Virus record (IMG/VR): IMGVR_UViG_3300024520_000047
Coordinates: 124,001 to 188,000 of that record
Length of the DNA stretch: 64,000 bases
Direction: 5' to 3' (one strand)
Shown here piece by piece: positions 49,443 to 60,049 of this stretch. The translations under genes and the position numbers were made by a program. A model generated the notes under the pieces. The model was not told the origin of the DNA. It did not search any database and saw only the letters and a list, made by a program, of their open reading frames with translations. Position 1 is the first letter of the stretch; each line of letters begins with the position of its first letter.

Positions 49443-50516
49443 TTATTTTTCTGTTTGTAGTTTATCGACATCTTTTCGTTCTCCTTGTATTAAGTAATAA
49501 CAATGGGGGAGACCATCGTCACAATCCACATATACTTCATTATCTGTAATCTCATCTACATAATGAATACATGCTCTTCCTATGGATGTTAATTGTACAG
49601 TTATGGTAACCTCATCCACTAATTCTTTCCAGTACTCTGGTAAAGTAATAACATTATCATCTTTTAATTCTCCCCTTACATAAATACCGTGTTCTGGACC
49701 TTCTAAAACTCCGTGAATTAGTTTCTTCCCTTTTTTGGTTGGGTGGTCAATTTCAAAAGACTTAGTGGTGGCCGCTAAGTGACCGTCTATGGTGATATCA
49801 CCATCTATACGGGTTACCCCAGAGACGTGTAAGGTGACTGCAGTAGATGGGTTAGCAGTCCCAATTCCTACAATACTATTTATCATATGAATGGCACCGT
49901 ACCTATATGGGGTACCACCACCAGTAGGTGCATTACAAATAGCGAATCTTTCTACGGTCGCACCACTTAATGGGTGGGCGTCGTCGGGGTCTCCTACCCC
50001 ATCCCAAGTAAAAAATCTCCAAACTTTAAGGTCATTGTTTGTAGTGGGAAGTGCCCCCATTAAAGCAAAATCCACACCTCTGGACATATTACCGGAATTT
50101 CCTACCTGTACTTTTAATCCACTTCTGTTGTCCAGTCCCGCAAAATCCTCCATATAAGGAAAAAGATGGACACCTTCTTTAACTGTAGCCCCGTCGGTAA
50201 GTCTAAAATTTATGGCAGTCAGGTTATAACTACTACTGTATTGGGGTACAGAGATGATGCCCGCTGGAACTGAGGAAGATTGGATTTGGATATAGCCGTC
50301 ATTATTTAGTGTTCCAAACTCTATTTTACCCCTTAGTCCATTTGGTGCACTACAAAAAACTGATGTACCATCATTCTTTACTGTCAATAAATCTATTGCT
50401 GGAGAATCGTTATTGGTTATCTTTAAAGCGTTGGTCGCGGAGGTGTTATCGTTGGTTTGTATGGTGGAATCACCAAAACAATTAAACCCGTGTTTAATTA
50501 CAAATTCGTTTGCCAT
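49443..50516 (-). CDS. Tail fibre-like protein with a chaperone-like C-terminal domain
   Basis: MANEFVIKHG N-terminus; VGIGTANP; TKSFEIDHP...LIHGVLEGPEHGIYVRG...LPEYW...TVQLT...ERKDV. Confidence 0.6.
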   Translation of the reverse strand: MANEFVIKHGFNCFGDSTIQTNDNTSATNALKITNNDSPAIDLLTVKNDGTSVFCSAPNGLRGKIEFGTLNNDGYIQIQSSSVPAGIISVPQYSSSYNLTAINFRLTDGATVKEGVHLFPYMEDFAGLDNRSGLKVQVGNSGNMSRGVDFALMGALPTTNNDLKVWRFFTWDGVGDPDDAHPLSGATVERFAICNAPTGGGTPYRYGAIHMINSIVGIGTANPSTAVTLHVSGVTRIDGDITIDGHLAATTKSFEIDHPTKKGKKLIHGVLEGPEHGIYVRGELKDDNVITLPEYWKELVDEVTITVQLTSIGRACIHYVDEITDNEVYVDCDDGLPHCYYLIQGERKDVDKLQTEK

Positions 50517-50582
50517 AATTTTTTCTTTTTTTCACTGTCCAAAAAGAAGTCTCTTGTTGGTTATATCTAAATAAATATTTTG

Positions 50583-51353
50583 TTATAAGTTAAATCTAGA
50601 TTTTAAAGCATTATAATTTTGTTGTACTTCATTATATGATAATGCACGGTCATAAATAAAAGTGGGGCCCATGTAACCACGCCAATAAGAATCGGCACGA
50701 GTTCCCATCCAAAATTTAATAAATTCGTTTCTACGAGCCATATTTCCAGTCGAAATAGCGTCATACATTGTTTCTTCATTAAAGTATTGGGTAAAATGGG
50801 TGGGGGTGATAACTGTACAATAATAATTCCATTCCTCTAAAACGGTTTCTAACCTACTCCACGCAATCGTTCCCCATGCCACGGTCCCACAACCAACTAT
50901 ACCAAGTGGACACTGACCACCAACAAAAGTTCTTACTGAATTTGTGGATGTCCCAGCAGAATACCAAAATTGTTGGTTTAAAACCCCGTAGGCAGCTCCC
51001 CCGTTTGAAAATCCAAATATGGTAGCAGCACCATCCGCTTCCGTAGATTTAGCAAATGTACAGATAGTGTAGGAATGAATATCGTAAGTGGCACCCGTTA
51101 CTTTTCCCATATTCCCACTAAAATCTAGAAATTCAATGTAATCATCAGTCCCATCAAATAACCAACTTCCTCCTCCTTCAGGACTATATCGTGGATATGG
51201 TTGGGAACCTGAAGGTCCTTTTAATGTGCCCATAAATCCACCCACTAAACTATGACAAGTGGAATCACCACTAATATAGGATTTAGGGTTGGCTGCGTCT
51301 ACGGCTAATATTAATCCGTCGGTTATTATTGTGGGAGAATAATGAAAACTCAT
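50583..51353 (-). CDS. Single-domain LamG-like protein, paralog 4 of the array
   Basis: IITDGLILAVDAANPKSY...FDGTDDY...QNYNALKSRF. Confidence 0.85.
   Translation of the reverse strand: MSFHYSPTIITDGLILAVDAANPKSYISGDSTCHSLVGGFMGTLKGPSGSQPYPRYSPEGGGSWLFDGTDDYIEFLDFSGNMGKVTGATYDIHSYTICTFAKSTEADGAATIFGFSNGGAAYGVLNQQFWYSAGTSTNSVRTFVGGQCPLGIVGCGTVAWGTIAWSRLETVLEEWNYYCTVITPTHFTQYFNEETMYDAISTGNMARRNEFIKFWMGTRADSYWRGYMGPTFIYDRALSYNEVQQNYNALKSRFNL
50599..50631. repeat. 33-bp perfect repeat; second copy at 51366-51398
   Basis: gattttaaagcattataattttgttgtacttca, encoding EVQQNYNALKS. Confidence 0.9.
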
Positions 51354-52027
51354 AATCCAAATCTTGATTTTAAAGCATTATAATTTTGTTGTACTTCAGA
51401 AGCGGAAAGTGATACATTATATATTTTAACATTCGATATATTACCTTTTGAGTAATTACTATTGTTTACATACCCAATAGTTAAGCTGTCTCCAATGTTT
51501 GAACTAAGGGTAGCGGGGACACCAACTTGGGTGTCAACTAACCCACCATCAATATATAATTTTAATGTACTACCCCCTTCATAGACACCAACAAAATAAT
51601 GCCAATTAGTGTCATAGGTTAATGAATAACTAGCACTGGTATTAGCAGCTCCATTTCTTGCACCAAAATAAACAGAACCATTTAACCACCAATATAATAC
51701 TACTTTGTCAATAGCAGCATCCTGAATTGTATTCCCACCCAACACTTCTCCTGAACCATTTTTTTTACCCCAAAATGAAAATGTGAGAGATGTAACATTA
51801 TTTATTTCTGTTATTGGAGTACAAGATATATTACTATTACTTCCATTAAATACCCATGAACCATAAAATTGTGGCTCAAAGGATACTGATGTGGTGTTAC
51901 CTGTAATATAACCGGTTAAGCTTGTTATGTGTGTATCACCAGACGTGTAAGAAACTAAATTACTAGCATCCATATAAAACACTAAACCATTATTCACTAT
52001 ATTTGGACCTCCAGTTACATTACTCAT
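51350..52027 (-). CDS. Single-domain LamG-like protein, paralog 3
   Basis: IVNNGLVFYMDASN...WHYFVGVY...ISNVKIYN.SLS..EVQQNYNALKSRF; ATGA overlap. Confidence 0.85.
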   Translation of the reverse strand: MSNVTGGPNIVNNGLVFYMDASNLVSYTSGDTHITSLTGYITGNTTSVSFEPQFYGSWVFNGSNSNISCTPITEINNVTSLTFSFWGKKNGSGEVLGGNTIQDAAIDKVVLYWWLNGSVYFGARNGAANTSASYSLTYDTNWHYFVGVYEGGSTLKLYIDGGLVDTQVGVPATLSSNIGDSLTIGYVNNSNYSKGNISNVKIYNVSLSASEVQQNYNALKSRFGL

Positions 52028-52806
52028 AATCCATATGTGTATTTAATTGCATTAAAATTCTGCGTTACTTCGTCTTGGTTTAACACTCTACTATAAAATC
52101 TTAAAATCGGTATTCTTCCCTCGAAACCATATCTTTCACCCCCCAAATACGGACTTGGGTCATCACCGTCATAAGTACCAATATATAATGGATTATAAAA
52201 CACATTTCTAATAGTTGCGATTAAAGGTTGTGTATTGGTTAATGCTCCATTTAAATATATATTAAATTCTAAATTCTCATAATCTATTGTCATAATTACG
52301 TGAGTATAAGCATCACGTGTTATGCCTGTAGCGGTACCTATCGAGTCAATACCCGTAGTATATGACTGTTGCCAAAAAATGTTATCTGGTCCCCCCCCAT
52401 CTGTTAAGTAAACCCACCAGTACCCAAATGAAGAACTTTGAGGCCCTCTATTATATACTCCAGGCCACGAAACAACCCCAAACTGGTTTGAGTTGTATAT
52501 CACAAAATCAGAACTATGACTTCCAGATAAACTAAGTGAAGACATATCAGTAAATTTTACCCAATTATTATTTACTGTAGGGTAATTTGGTATCGGATTA
52601 GGTAATACAATACTACCATCGTCGATATAAGACGTAAGTCCTGTTGTAGAACATATGCCAGCTGCAAAAGCTGGGTCTATAATGTTGTAAACGTTTAATG
52701 GGTCGTCAAATGGTTTTAATACACTTGCTCGTTTTGTGGCATCCACATTAAAAACCAAACCATCACTTACTATGTCTGTCGTCGGCGACCCTATTGTTCC
52801 ACTCAT
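52024..52806 (-). CDS. Single-domain LamG-like protein, paralog 2
   Basis: IVSDGLVFNVDA...IYLNG...RFYSRVLNQDEVTQNFNA; ATGA overlap. Confidence 0.8.
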   Translation of the reverse strand: MSGTIGSPTTDIVSDGLVFNVDATKRASVLKPFDDPLNVYNIIDPAFAAGICSTTGLTSYIDDGSIVLPNPIPNYPTVNNNWVKFTDMSSLSLSGSHSSDFVIYNSNQFGVVSWPGVYNRGPQSSSFGYWWVYLTDGGGPDNIFWQQSYTTGIDSIGTATGITRDAYTHVIMTIDYENLEFNIYLNGALTNTQPLIATIRNVFYNPLYIGTYDGDDPSPYLGGERYGFEGRIPILRFYSRVLNQDEVTQNFNAIKYTYGL

Positions 52807-53507
52807 AATCCGAATCTAGGTTTTAATGCGTTATAATTTTGTTGAACTTCTTCTTGGGTTAATGCTATGTTGTAAATTTTAACGTTGGATATATCTCCAA
52901 CAAATCTGTATGTAGCATTATTTCTTTGCCCAAAATACAAATTATTTCCAGGATAGTTTATAGTATAGGGTAGGGTGGTGCTTGTATAGGTATTTCTTAA
53001 TACCCCATTAAGATAAATTTTTTGTGTTGCTCCGGTCCCTGTTTGTTCGTGAGTAAGTGCTATTTGCCCCCAAGTATCTAATGGGATATAAGTAGCAAGA
53101 CTTGCTACTTGACTTCCATTATAACTATCATTAGTAAAATTTGCTGCTTGACATACTAATAAATCCGCAGATGTAATCCAAATAGCAAGTCCTTTGTTAC
53201 TTGACGCACCTTTCATAAAAACGCATTGATTCCTATTATCGGGTCTTTTAATCCACACAGAGTAAGAAAGTGTCTGTACTTCTATATCTGTAACCCTTCC
53301 ACAATTAATATTATCATCACTACCATCAAAAGACCAAGCCCCATTATTCTCAATTGAGAATCCTACACCATTTTCCAATGTACCAACACTACTAGATACT
53401 AAATCATTACAAGTGGTATTACCACTCACATAAGATTTGGGGTTTGCTGCATCCACATAGAATACTAATCCGTCGGTTACTATTTTTGGAGAATAATGAA
53501 AGCTCAT
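52803..53507 (-). CDS. Single-domain LamG-like protein, paralog 1
   Basis: IVTDGLVFYVDAANPKSY...FDGSDD...ISNVKIYNIALTQEEVQQNYNA; ATGA overlap. Confidence 0.85.
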   Translation of the reverse strand: MSFHYSPKIVTDGLVFYVDAANPKSYVSGNTTCNDLVSSSVGTLENGVGFSIENNGAWSFDGSDDNINCGRVTDIEVQTLSYSVWIKRPDNRNQCVFMKGASSNKGLAIWITSADLLVCQAANFTNDSYNGSQVASLATYIPLDTWGQIALTHEQTGTGATQKIYLNGVLRNTYTSTTLPYTINYPGNNLYFGQRNNATYRFVGDISNVKIYNIALTQEEVQQNYNALKPRFGL

Positions 53508-53508
53508 A

Positions 53509-56028
53509 TTAAATACTTCTTACAATGGTCTTCATAACCCAGTTATTAGTGGTAGCAGAGGCAGTGAATGATGCCATTCCACCACTTAACCCAACTGAGA
53601 GTGTGACCGGAGAAGTGTTTCCGATATCTGTTGTGGAGGTTTCACTATAATTAACTGTACTACCACTCCATATTGCCATTACATTTCCTGCACGTGCACT
53701 ACCATTACCAACAATATTATAATCAAAATATGCACTTGTGTATGCACTAGTAGGTACACTATAAATCGTTGTGCTTCCAATATTTACTGTAGATTTAACA
53801 CTACTATTTAAAGCTGGAGCGTCAAAGTTACCCATTAAGACGGTATCATCTGAATTTACAGATAAAATCGGTATTCCTGAAATATCATTTACTGAAAATA
53901 ATTCACCAACTAAACTGTCATTTATAGAGAATAATTGACCTGAACTACCTAAAACATTAAAAACTGGTTGGGTATTTCCTGAGGCAGTAATCGTTAAGGG
54001 CCCATCTACATTAACATCAGGACCTATTGTAACTGGAGAACAACCAGAAATAGTAGACACCCAGAGTTCATTTATACAAGTAGCGGACGTATTTCCAGTA
54101 AAACCACCACTACCCCCACCAGCAGCTACCCAAGTTGTTCCATTATAAAATTGTAATTCATTTAGTGTGGAATCATATACAACCAACCCATCTGCAAATG
54201 TCCCAGAATTGATAGCGTCTCGTTCAACGGTTGTCATAACAGGAGGTAGAAATCCTTTTGTGGTGCTTACCATATCAATTAAAGCACTTGCATCGGGGGT
54301 TATGGTTCCAAAACCAAATGAACCTGTACTATTCCACCACGAATCCTCATCTAAACGAAATTTAAGTTCAGGGCTGTTCGCAGTAGCGATAGTCGCTAAA
54401 TATACACCAAAAGTGTCAGCTTCATCAGGAATTATATTTCCCCCAGATGAATTACGGGCGGCCAGATTAATAGAATTTGCCCCTATTGGGCGTAATTTAT
54501 TACCTATTGTAACAATACCCGCATTAAAAGTATTGTATTCTCCCGCATAATTACCTATTGAGATATTTGTTGCATAGCAATATGCAGTAGCACCTATGGC
54601 TATCCCACTTGTTCTTCCTTGCGTATTGTTTCCTATTGCAATTCCATCTGCTCCACCTCCTGCATCTGTATCAACAAGTGTATTGTTACCCAAAGCAATA
54701 GTGCCCGTTGCTTTTGCTTCGGCATTTGTTCCAATAGCAACAGAAGTGGTACTATGTGTTATTGCATCTTTTCCCAATGTAAATGCGCCATCATCTAACA
54801 TTGAAAACAAAGGGTCACTGCTACTATTTTCTAATAACAAATTTATTGTACCACTTGTATTACCTTGTCCTCTTATAGTTACAGTTCCACCAGTAAATGT
54901 TAGAGTATTTCCATCTAATTTAACTGTTCGTGCAGATGTAACTGTGCCGTCAGAATCATATAATGTGTTAACATCACCATCTAATAATATTTGTCTTGTG
55001 GAAGCACTTAATCCTGCTGCCCAATAACCGTTTGTTTCTTCCCACAATATACAAGCTGTTGTCCCCGAACCTCTTAATATTTCTAAACCACTATCGATAG
55101 GAAATGGTACAGTGTTTCCTGTAGCGTTAGCGTTTAATGTTATAATATTATCGTCTATTGTAAGTGTTTGGGTATTAATAGTTGTAGCTGTACCTAATAT
55201 ATTAACATTTCCCACAACTAACACATCTCCATTTACAGTTGCACTTGAATTGAATGTTGTGGTGGGGATAATGGTTAAATCAGTACCCAAAATTCGTGTG
55301 CTATCACCACCATTACCTAACGCTATTGCACTGTTCCCAGAATCCCAATCCAAACCTAAACTACCCTCAACATAGTATTGATTACTGAAAATGTTACCAG
55401 TTCCTGCCACTGCAGTTAAATCCCCATAAACATCAACTGATTGGTTGAATACTGCGGGGGTACCTATGGTAACTGGAGAACATCCAGAAATGTTTGACAC
55501 CCACAATTCATTTATGCAACTTGCTGAAGTATTTCCTGTAAAAGGTGGGGCACCGGTGGTCCCGCTTACAACATTACCACTAGAATCTAAGCCCAAACTA
55601 AATATAGGTGTGCCACTAACTAGTGACCCAATAGTTAGTGTCTGAGCAGTTAAACCACTTAATAACACGAAGTCGTCATGGACAGTGATTGGGGAATACC
55701 CATAAAAATCACTAGCCCATATACCAGTAAAAGCACTGAGTGTTTGAGCACTTAATGAACCATTTATAGTCACATCTGAGTGAATTGTGGTTGTTCCAGA
55801 ACACCCATAAATGTTATCTACCCAAAATATATTTTGGCAATCTCCTGAAGACGCTCCCCCACCACAAGGTGGTGTACAAAAAATATCTAATAAATTAGTA
55901 CCACCACTGAATATAGACCCACTATTATAGGTATTTGCACTGAAATATACAGGACTTAAAAAAGATGTGGTTAATGGAATATCCCCACCTTCGAAATTTT
56001 GAATAATATTTTTACACTTACACGACAT
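53509..56028 (-). CDS. Tail fibre-like protein with YadA-head-like repeats
   Basis: SVAIGTNA, TIALGNNT, GIAIGNNT, GIAIGATA, NISIGNYA repeats; two copies of GNTSA.CINELWVS.ISGCSPVTIG. Confidence 0.6.
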   Translation of the reverse strand: MSCKCKNIIQNFEGGDIPLTTSFLSPVYFSANTYNSGSIFSGGTNLLDIFCTPPCGGGASSGDCQNIFWVDNIYGCSGTTTIHSDVTINGSLSAQTLSAFTGIWASDFYGYSPITVHDDFVLLSGLTAQTLTIGSLVSGTPIFSLGLDSSGNVVSGTTGAPPFTGNTSASCINELWVSNISGCSPVTIGTPAVFNQSVDVYGDLTAVAGTGNIFSNQYYVEGSLGLDWDSGNSAIALGNGGDSTRILGTDLTIIPTTTFNSSATVNGDVLVVGNVNILGTATTINTQTLTIDDNIITLNANATGNTVPFPIDSGLEILRGSGTTACILWEETNGYWAAGLSASTRQILLDGDVNTLYDSDGTVTSARTVKLDGNTLTFTGGTVTIRGQGNTSGTINLLLENSSSDPLFSMLDDGAFTLGKDAITHSTTSVAIGTNAEAKATGTIALGNNTLVDTDAGGGADGIAIGNNTQGRTSGIAIGATAYCYATNISIGNYAGEYNTFNAGIVTIGNKLRPIGANSINLAARNSSGGNIIPDEADTFGVYLATIATANSPELKFRLDEDSWWNSTGSFGFGTITPDASALIDMVSTTKGFLPPVMTTVERDAINSGTFADGLVVYDSTLNELQFYNGTTWVAAGGGSGGFTGNTSATCINELWVSTISGCSPVTIGPDVNVDGPLTITASGNTQPVFNVLGSSGQLFSINDSLVGELFSVNDISGIPILSVNSDDTVLMGNFDAPALNSSVKSTVNIGSTTIYSVPTSAYTSAYFDYNIVGNGSARAGNVMAIWSGSTVNYSETSTTDIGNTSPVTLSVGLSGGMASFTASATTNNWVMKTIVRSI

Positions 56029-56054
56029 AAATCACTTTATAAGTAAATATCTTT

Positions 56055-59000
56055 TTACCTATATAAATTTCCAATTAAAGTTACCTTGCTATTTTTATTT
56101 GTGTTTATCTTTATAATTTTAACATATATCACATCATCAGGTAACGCATTAAACGGGGTGGTCACAATTTCTGGTACACCTAAACCATTGTCTGGATATT
56201 TTGTTATAACATAACTACTTACATTTTCACTTACTGTGGATATAAATTTAACACCAACATAAGGTGGTGTAGTCACATATTGATTTAATTCATTAACAGC
56301 GACCTCATCCATATTTGGTGTGGTATAGTTAAGTATTAAATCTAAAGACTCACATTCTAATACATATAATACCGGACATGGGTCACACACAGTACAATCT
56401 TTAATACAGTCAATTAAATCATATCTAAATTTATTAACTAAAAAATTATGAAAAATTTCATCATTACCTAACGGCTTAATGTATTGTCTTATTTGAGATA
56501 TTCCACCATCGTAAGTTCCAGCAAAATATCGTTCAATTAATAAACCTAAATCTGTGGGGTCTTGCTGATAGGGGGGACATATTTCAATTGTTGTTCCGCT
56601 ACTAGTAAATGTTAAGTTTTCATAAAGTCCTTGTGAACCACCACCCCAAGATATGTTATATGGTACTGCTACTTGTTTTTGTGGTTCAGTATTTAATCGT
56701 CTTGGAATTATTTCTTCAAAATCATCATCAACCAAGACTGGTCTACCATTTACAAAAATTGTCAGTGTTCCTTTTCTATACCCTATTTCATCAGACCATA
56801 ATTTACTAAATCTAATTTTCTCTGTTAACTTGGTGTAATCAGAAGTGCAACCACTTGGTGGTGGACATCCAGCAGACACACAAAGACCTGTAGGTATCCC
56901 CTCACCAGTATATTGACCCGTGACGCCAACTTTATTGCCTTGGTCATTAAACCCAGGCATTAATGGGGCTTCTCTTACTAAAGACGATGTAGCGTTTCCT
57001 ATTCCAGAATCTATGTATCCTACAGTATCTGTAACAGGAATATAAACCAAATCGTTAAAACCACCCCTATTTAATATATCACAACCCTCATAACAAAAAT
57101 TTCTTCTAAATCTTGCACTTATCAAAACCCAAGGTTCTTCGGCTCTATAAGTTGCTCCACTTAAACCACATATTGTTGGGCTATATTTTTCCACCACAGT
57201 AAATCCTGAACTATAAGTTAAACCTGTAACACACTCATCTTTAGTGTAGGTAACATTGTTATCACAATCTATAATTTTTTTATGTGAATATGTGGTTATA
57301 CAATCACCAGTATAATAGATGGCACGGTACCCAACAGTATACCCAGTTTGAGCTTCATTATTCCATGGAGTTAAACGTAGCCCAAACGAATTACTAAGAA
57401 CATCTAATTTTGAATCATAAGTACTTTTTATAGTTTTAGGTTGGGGGGGACACCCCACATATGTGGTTGCGGATGTTATTAATGGTACAGAAGGGCCTTC
57501 ACAACTATAATCTTTTTGGTCACATGTTTGTAAATAGGTTTCAGCAGAATAGTAATTATGGAATTTATTTTCTGCTCGTGTACCTAAATAATAGAAAAAT
57601 CCAGCATTATTTGGGTAGATATCATTTAATGTGTTATGTAATACTGGATAATATAATGTAATATCTGTGGTTCCTGTAGCCCCCAATATAAATTCAGTGG
57701 TAGAATACGTAAACCCACTAGGTACTATAGTAGTAATATCATCATAATCTAAATTCCATGGGTTGCCGTGGTCATCGAGATTTGATGTTAAATTAAACCC
57801 AAAATCAACTGGTTGTTGTAAACTAAAACTAGATGCTCCGTAAGGTACTGAAAGTGAAGCTGTTACAGTACCTAAGGGATTTTGTTCTAACAATATATCT
57901 GTAAAAGTTTTCTTTTCATAAAATAACACACATCCTGTGGTGGTCCCGCTAGGGATAACCACACGTCCACTATTATATCTAAATTGATTATCATTAACTA
58001 TTTCAGTAATAACCGCAAAATCTTCTGGATATAAATCTGTATTAAAATCAGAATTTAAAGAATTAGTTACAGTTACAATATTACCCACTTCTTGACCGTG
58101 ATTAGGATAATTAACTAACACAACACCTGATGGTGAAGCGATAGACATTGAGACACCACAAGTAATAAAATGAGTATCACATGCGGTATCACCAGTTCGT
58201 ATTTTTAATAATGTTTCTACAGTCCATCCACATTCTGGCCTATTGGGTAAAACTTTATAGGGGTAACCATCTAATTGGTAAAATCCTTGATAAAAACCAC
58301 CATAAAGTTGTTGGTAATACCCTTCAGTTCCTCCAGTTACACTCACAATACTATAGTTGGTACGGTGTTGAGTATAACCAGTAATTTGTTTCATTTTAAA
58401 TCTTCTATCATAATGGAGATGGTCATATTTATATTGGTCAGGCATCTCAACCCATAACTTTAAACTCTCTACTTGACAAGGAACCTTCAAATACCCTACA
58501 TTAGTTGTAGTATGTGCTGTAAAGATACCCAAATTAACACTACTTCCTGATTGAATTATTTTTGCTTTACTAAGAGTTACTGTGTAAGCGCTACTACCTG
58601 TAAAAACACAACATCCAGAATATTGTAAATTATTCTTTATAATTTCAAAATTATTAGTAATTGAAGTCCCTGTTGATGTTAATCCTGATACATTACATGG
58701 ATATAAGAATTGAAAAGCTGTTTCGGTTGAGACCTCTGTTGGTGTTGTGGGGCTCCATGTAGCACCACTAAAATAACAAATTCCTGAGGTAGGTGTGGTA
58801 GTTCCTGTGACTGTTCCAGTAATGGCAGTTAAGGAAATGAATTCTCTCAGACACCAATCATACTCGGTGGTATTACCACTCATATATTTAACAAGGGAGT
58901 TATCTATGCCTGTCAGTCCTACATCACAAATAGATTCTACAAAATTAGTATTTGCGGTGTAAACACTATTTTCACATTTAGGGCATGAACATTTAGCGTT

Positions 59001-59324
59001 GCTAATTGTGGGTGTGTGGTTTTCCCAATATGATAAACTTAATAACGTATTATTATCATAATATTGATTACATGATAGATTAGGTTGCCAAGTACTATTA
59101 GTATCATTTAAGTCAATCCAAAAACCTAAACAGTTAGACGAAAATGTTATTCCACTCAAATAATCATCTAAGTGGTCCCACACACATATAATGTATGGGG
59201 AATAAATTACTTCCTTATTATAGTCTTTTTCATCCGCCGCTAAAAAGAAATCGTAGTAGCTACTATAATCCAATCTTGCGTCTAATTTATTGAAATAATA
59301 GTTATTTAAATTTTGTGGTCCCAT
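56055..59324 (-). CDS. Large Cys/Thr-rich virion protein with a LamG-like C-terminal part
   Basis: GTLTIFVNG...ISWGGGSQGL...FAGTYDGGISQIRQY; about 35 Cys. Confidence 0.55.
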   Translation of the reverse strand: MGPQNLNNYYFNKLDARLDYSSYYDFFLAADEKDYNKEVIYSPYIICVWDHLDDYLSGITFSSNCLGFWIDLNDTNSTWQPNLSCNQYYDNNTLLSLSYWENHTPTISNAKCSCPKCENSVYTANTNFVESICDVGLTGIDNSLVKYMSGNTTEYDWCLREFISLTAITGTVTGTTTPTSGICYFSGATWSPTTPTEVSTETAFQFLYPCNVSGLTSTGTSITNNFEIIKNNLQYSGCCVFTGSSAYTVTLSKAKIIQSGSSVNLGIFTAHTTTNVGYLKVPCQVESLKLWVEMPDQYKYDHLHYDRRFKMKQITGYTQHRTNYSIVSVTGGTEGYYQQLYGGFYQGFYQLDGYPYKVLPNRPECGWTVETLLKIRTGDTACDTHFITCGVSMSIASPSGVVLVNYPNHGQEVGNIVTVTNSLNSDFNTDLYPEDFAVITEIVNDNQFRYNSGRVVIPSGTTTGCVLFYEKKTFTDILLEQNPLGTVTASLSVPYGASSFSLQQPVDFGFNLTSNLDDHGNPWNLDYDDITTIVPSGFTYSTTEFILGATGTTDITLYYPVLHNTLNDIYPNNAGFFYYLGTRAENKFHNYYSAETYLQTCDQKDYSCEGPSVPLITSATTYVGCPPQPKTIKSTYDSKLDVLSNSFGLRLTPWNNEAQTGYTVGYRAIYYTGDCITTYSHKKIIDCDNNVTYTKDECVTGLTYSSGFTVVEKYSPTICGLSGATYRAEEPWVLISARFRRNFCYEGCDILNRGGFNDLVYIPVTDTVGYIDSGIGNATSSLVREAPLMPGFNDQGNKVGVTGQYTGEGIPTGLCVSAGCPPPSGCTSDYTKLTEKIRFSKLWSDEIGYRKGTLTIFVNGRPVLVDDDFEEIIPRRLNTEPQKQVAVPYNISWGGGSQGLYENLTFTSSGTTIEICPPYQQDPTDLGLLIERYFAGTYDGGISQIRQYIKPLGNDEIFHNFLVNKFRYDLIDCIKDCTVCDPCPVLYVLECESLDLILNYTTPNMDEVAVNELNQYVTTPPYVGVKFISTVSENVSSYVITKYPDNGLGVPEIVTTPFNALPDDVIYVKIIKINTNKNSKVTLIGNLYR

Positions 59325-59374
59325 TTAAGATAAATATTTACTATCTATTTAATATTTATAGTAAAAACAAATAG

Positions 59375-60049
59375 ATGAAAGAATTAACACATGATGGTAC
59401 TTGTAATAGGGTTCATCCCGATATTTCTCACGAAAAATGGGAAGAAAAAGAACAAAAAAAAGAAGAAACTAATGAAGAACAAGAATTAGATGAACTTGTT
59501 GATTATGATGGTTCACTATTAAGTTCTAAAATTCCTCTAGGGATTAATAAGACGAATAAAATAAGTAGAAGTACTTCAGATGATGTTGTTAAAACCGCAC
59601 ACCAAAAAGGTAATGGTTTGGGGTATTACTATAAGCGTTACTGGGGGGAATCATATCTGGGTGGTGGATTAAGTGATGTTGAGGATATAGACACCATGTC
59701 AGCAGATGAAACAATTGACCATTTTGAAGATGAGTACGGATTAAGTCCATTAAGGGCACACGAAAAAGCGTCAGAATATGGTAAAATTGTAAATGGTAGT
59801 GAAGAAGATTTGCATGATGAGAAACAACGGATTGTAGAATTAGGTAATAATAAAATGAAAGATATGTTAGAAATATTATTAAGTAAGGACGCTAAAAATA
59901 CAGAACGTGGGTTGGTAGACACGGATAAGCCTATAGAATTACACGATGAGAATAACGATAATCCCATACTAACTAAAATGGGTACTAAATTTAAACAAGC
60001 TTGTGATGCTCACGGAATTAATCCACAAGACATATTAAAAAATATATAA
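59375..60049 (+). CDS. Hypothetical acidic protein, probably head-associated
   Basis: Preceded by TATTTATA (59353-59360); no recognised domain. Confidence 0.55.
   Translation: MKELTHDGTCNRVHPDISHEKWEEKEQKKEETNEEQELDELVDYDGSLLSSKIPLGINKTNKISRSTSDDVVKTAHQKGNGLGYYYKRYWGESYLGGGLSDVEDIDTMSADETIDHFEDEYGLSPLRAHEKASEYGKIVNGSEEDLHDEKQRIVELGNNKMKDMLEILLSKDAKNTERGLVDTDKPIELHDENNDNPILTKMGTKFKQACDAHGINPQDILKNI

Noticed and set aside
44136-53507. Diversity-generating retroelement behind the LamG variation
   Set aside because: No reverse transcriptase or non-coding template repeat in the window; repeat mismatches are not confined to adenines
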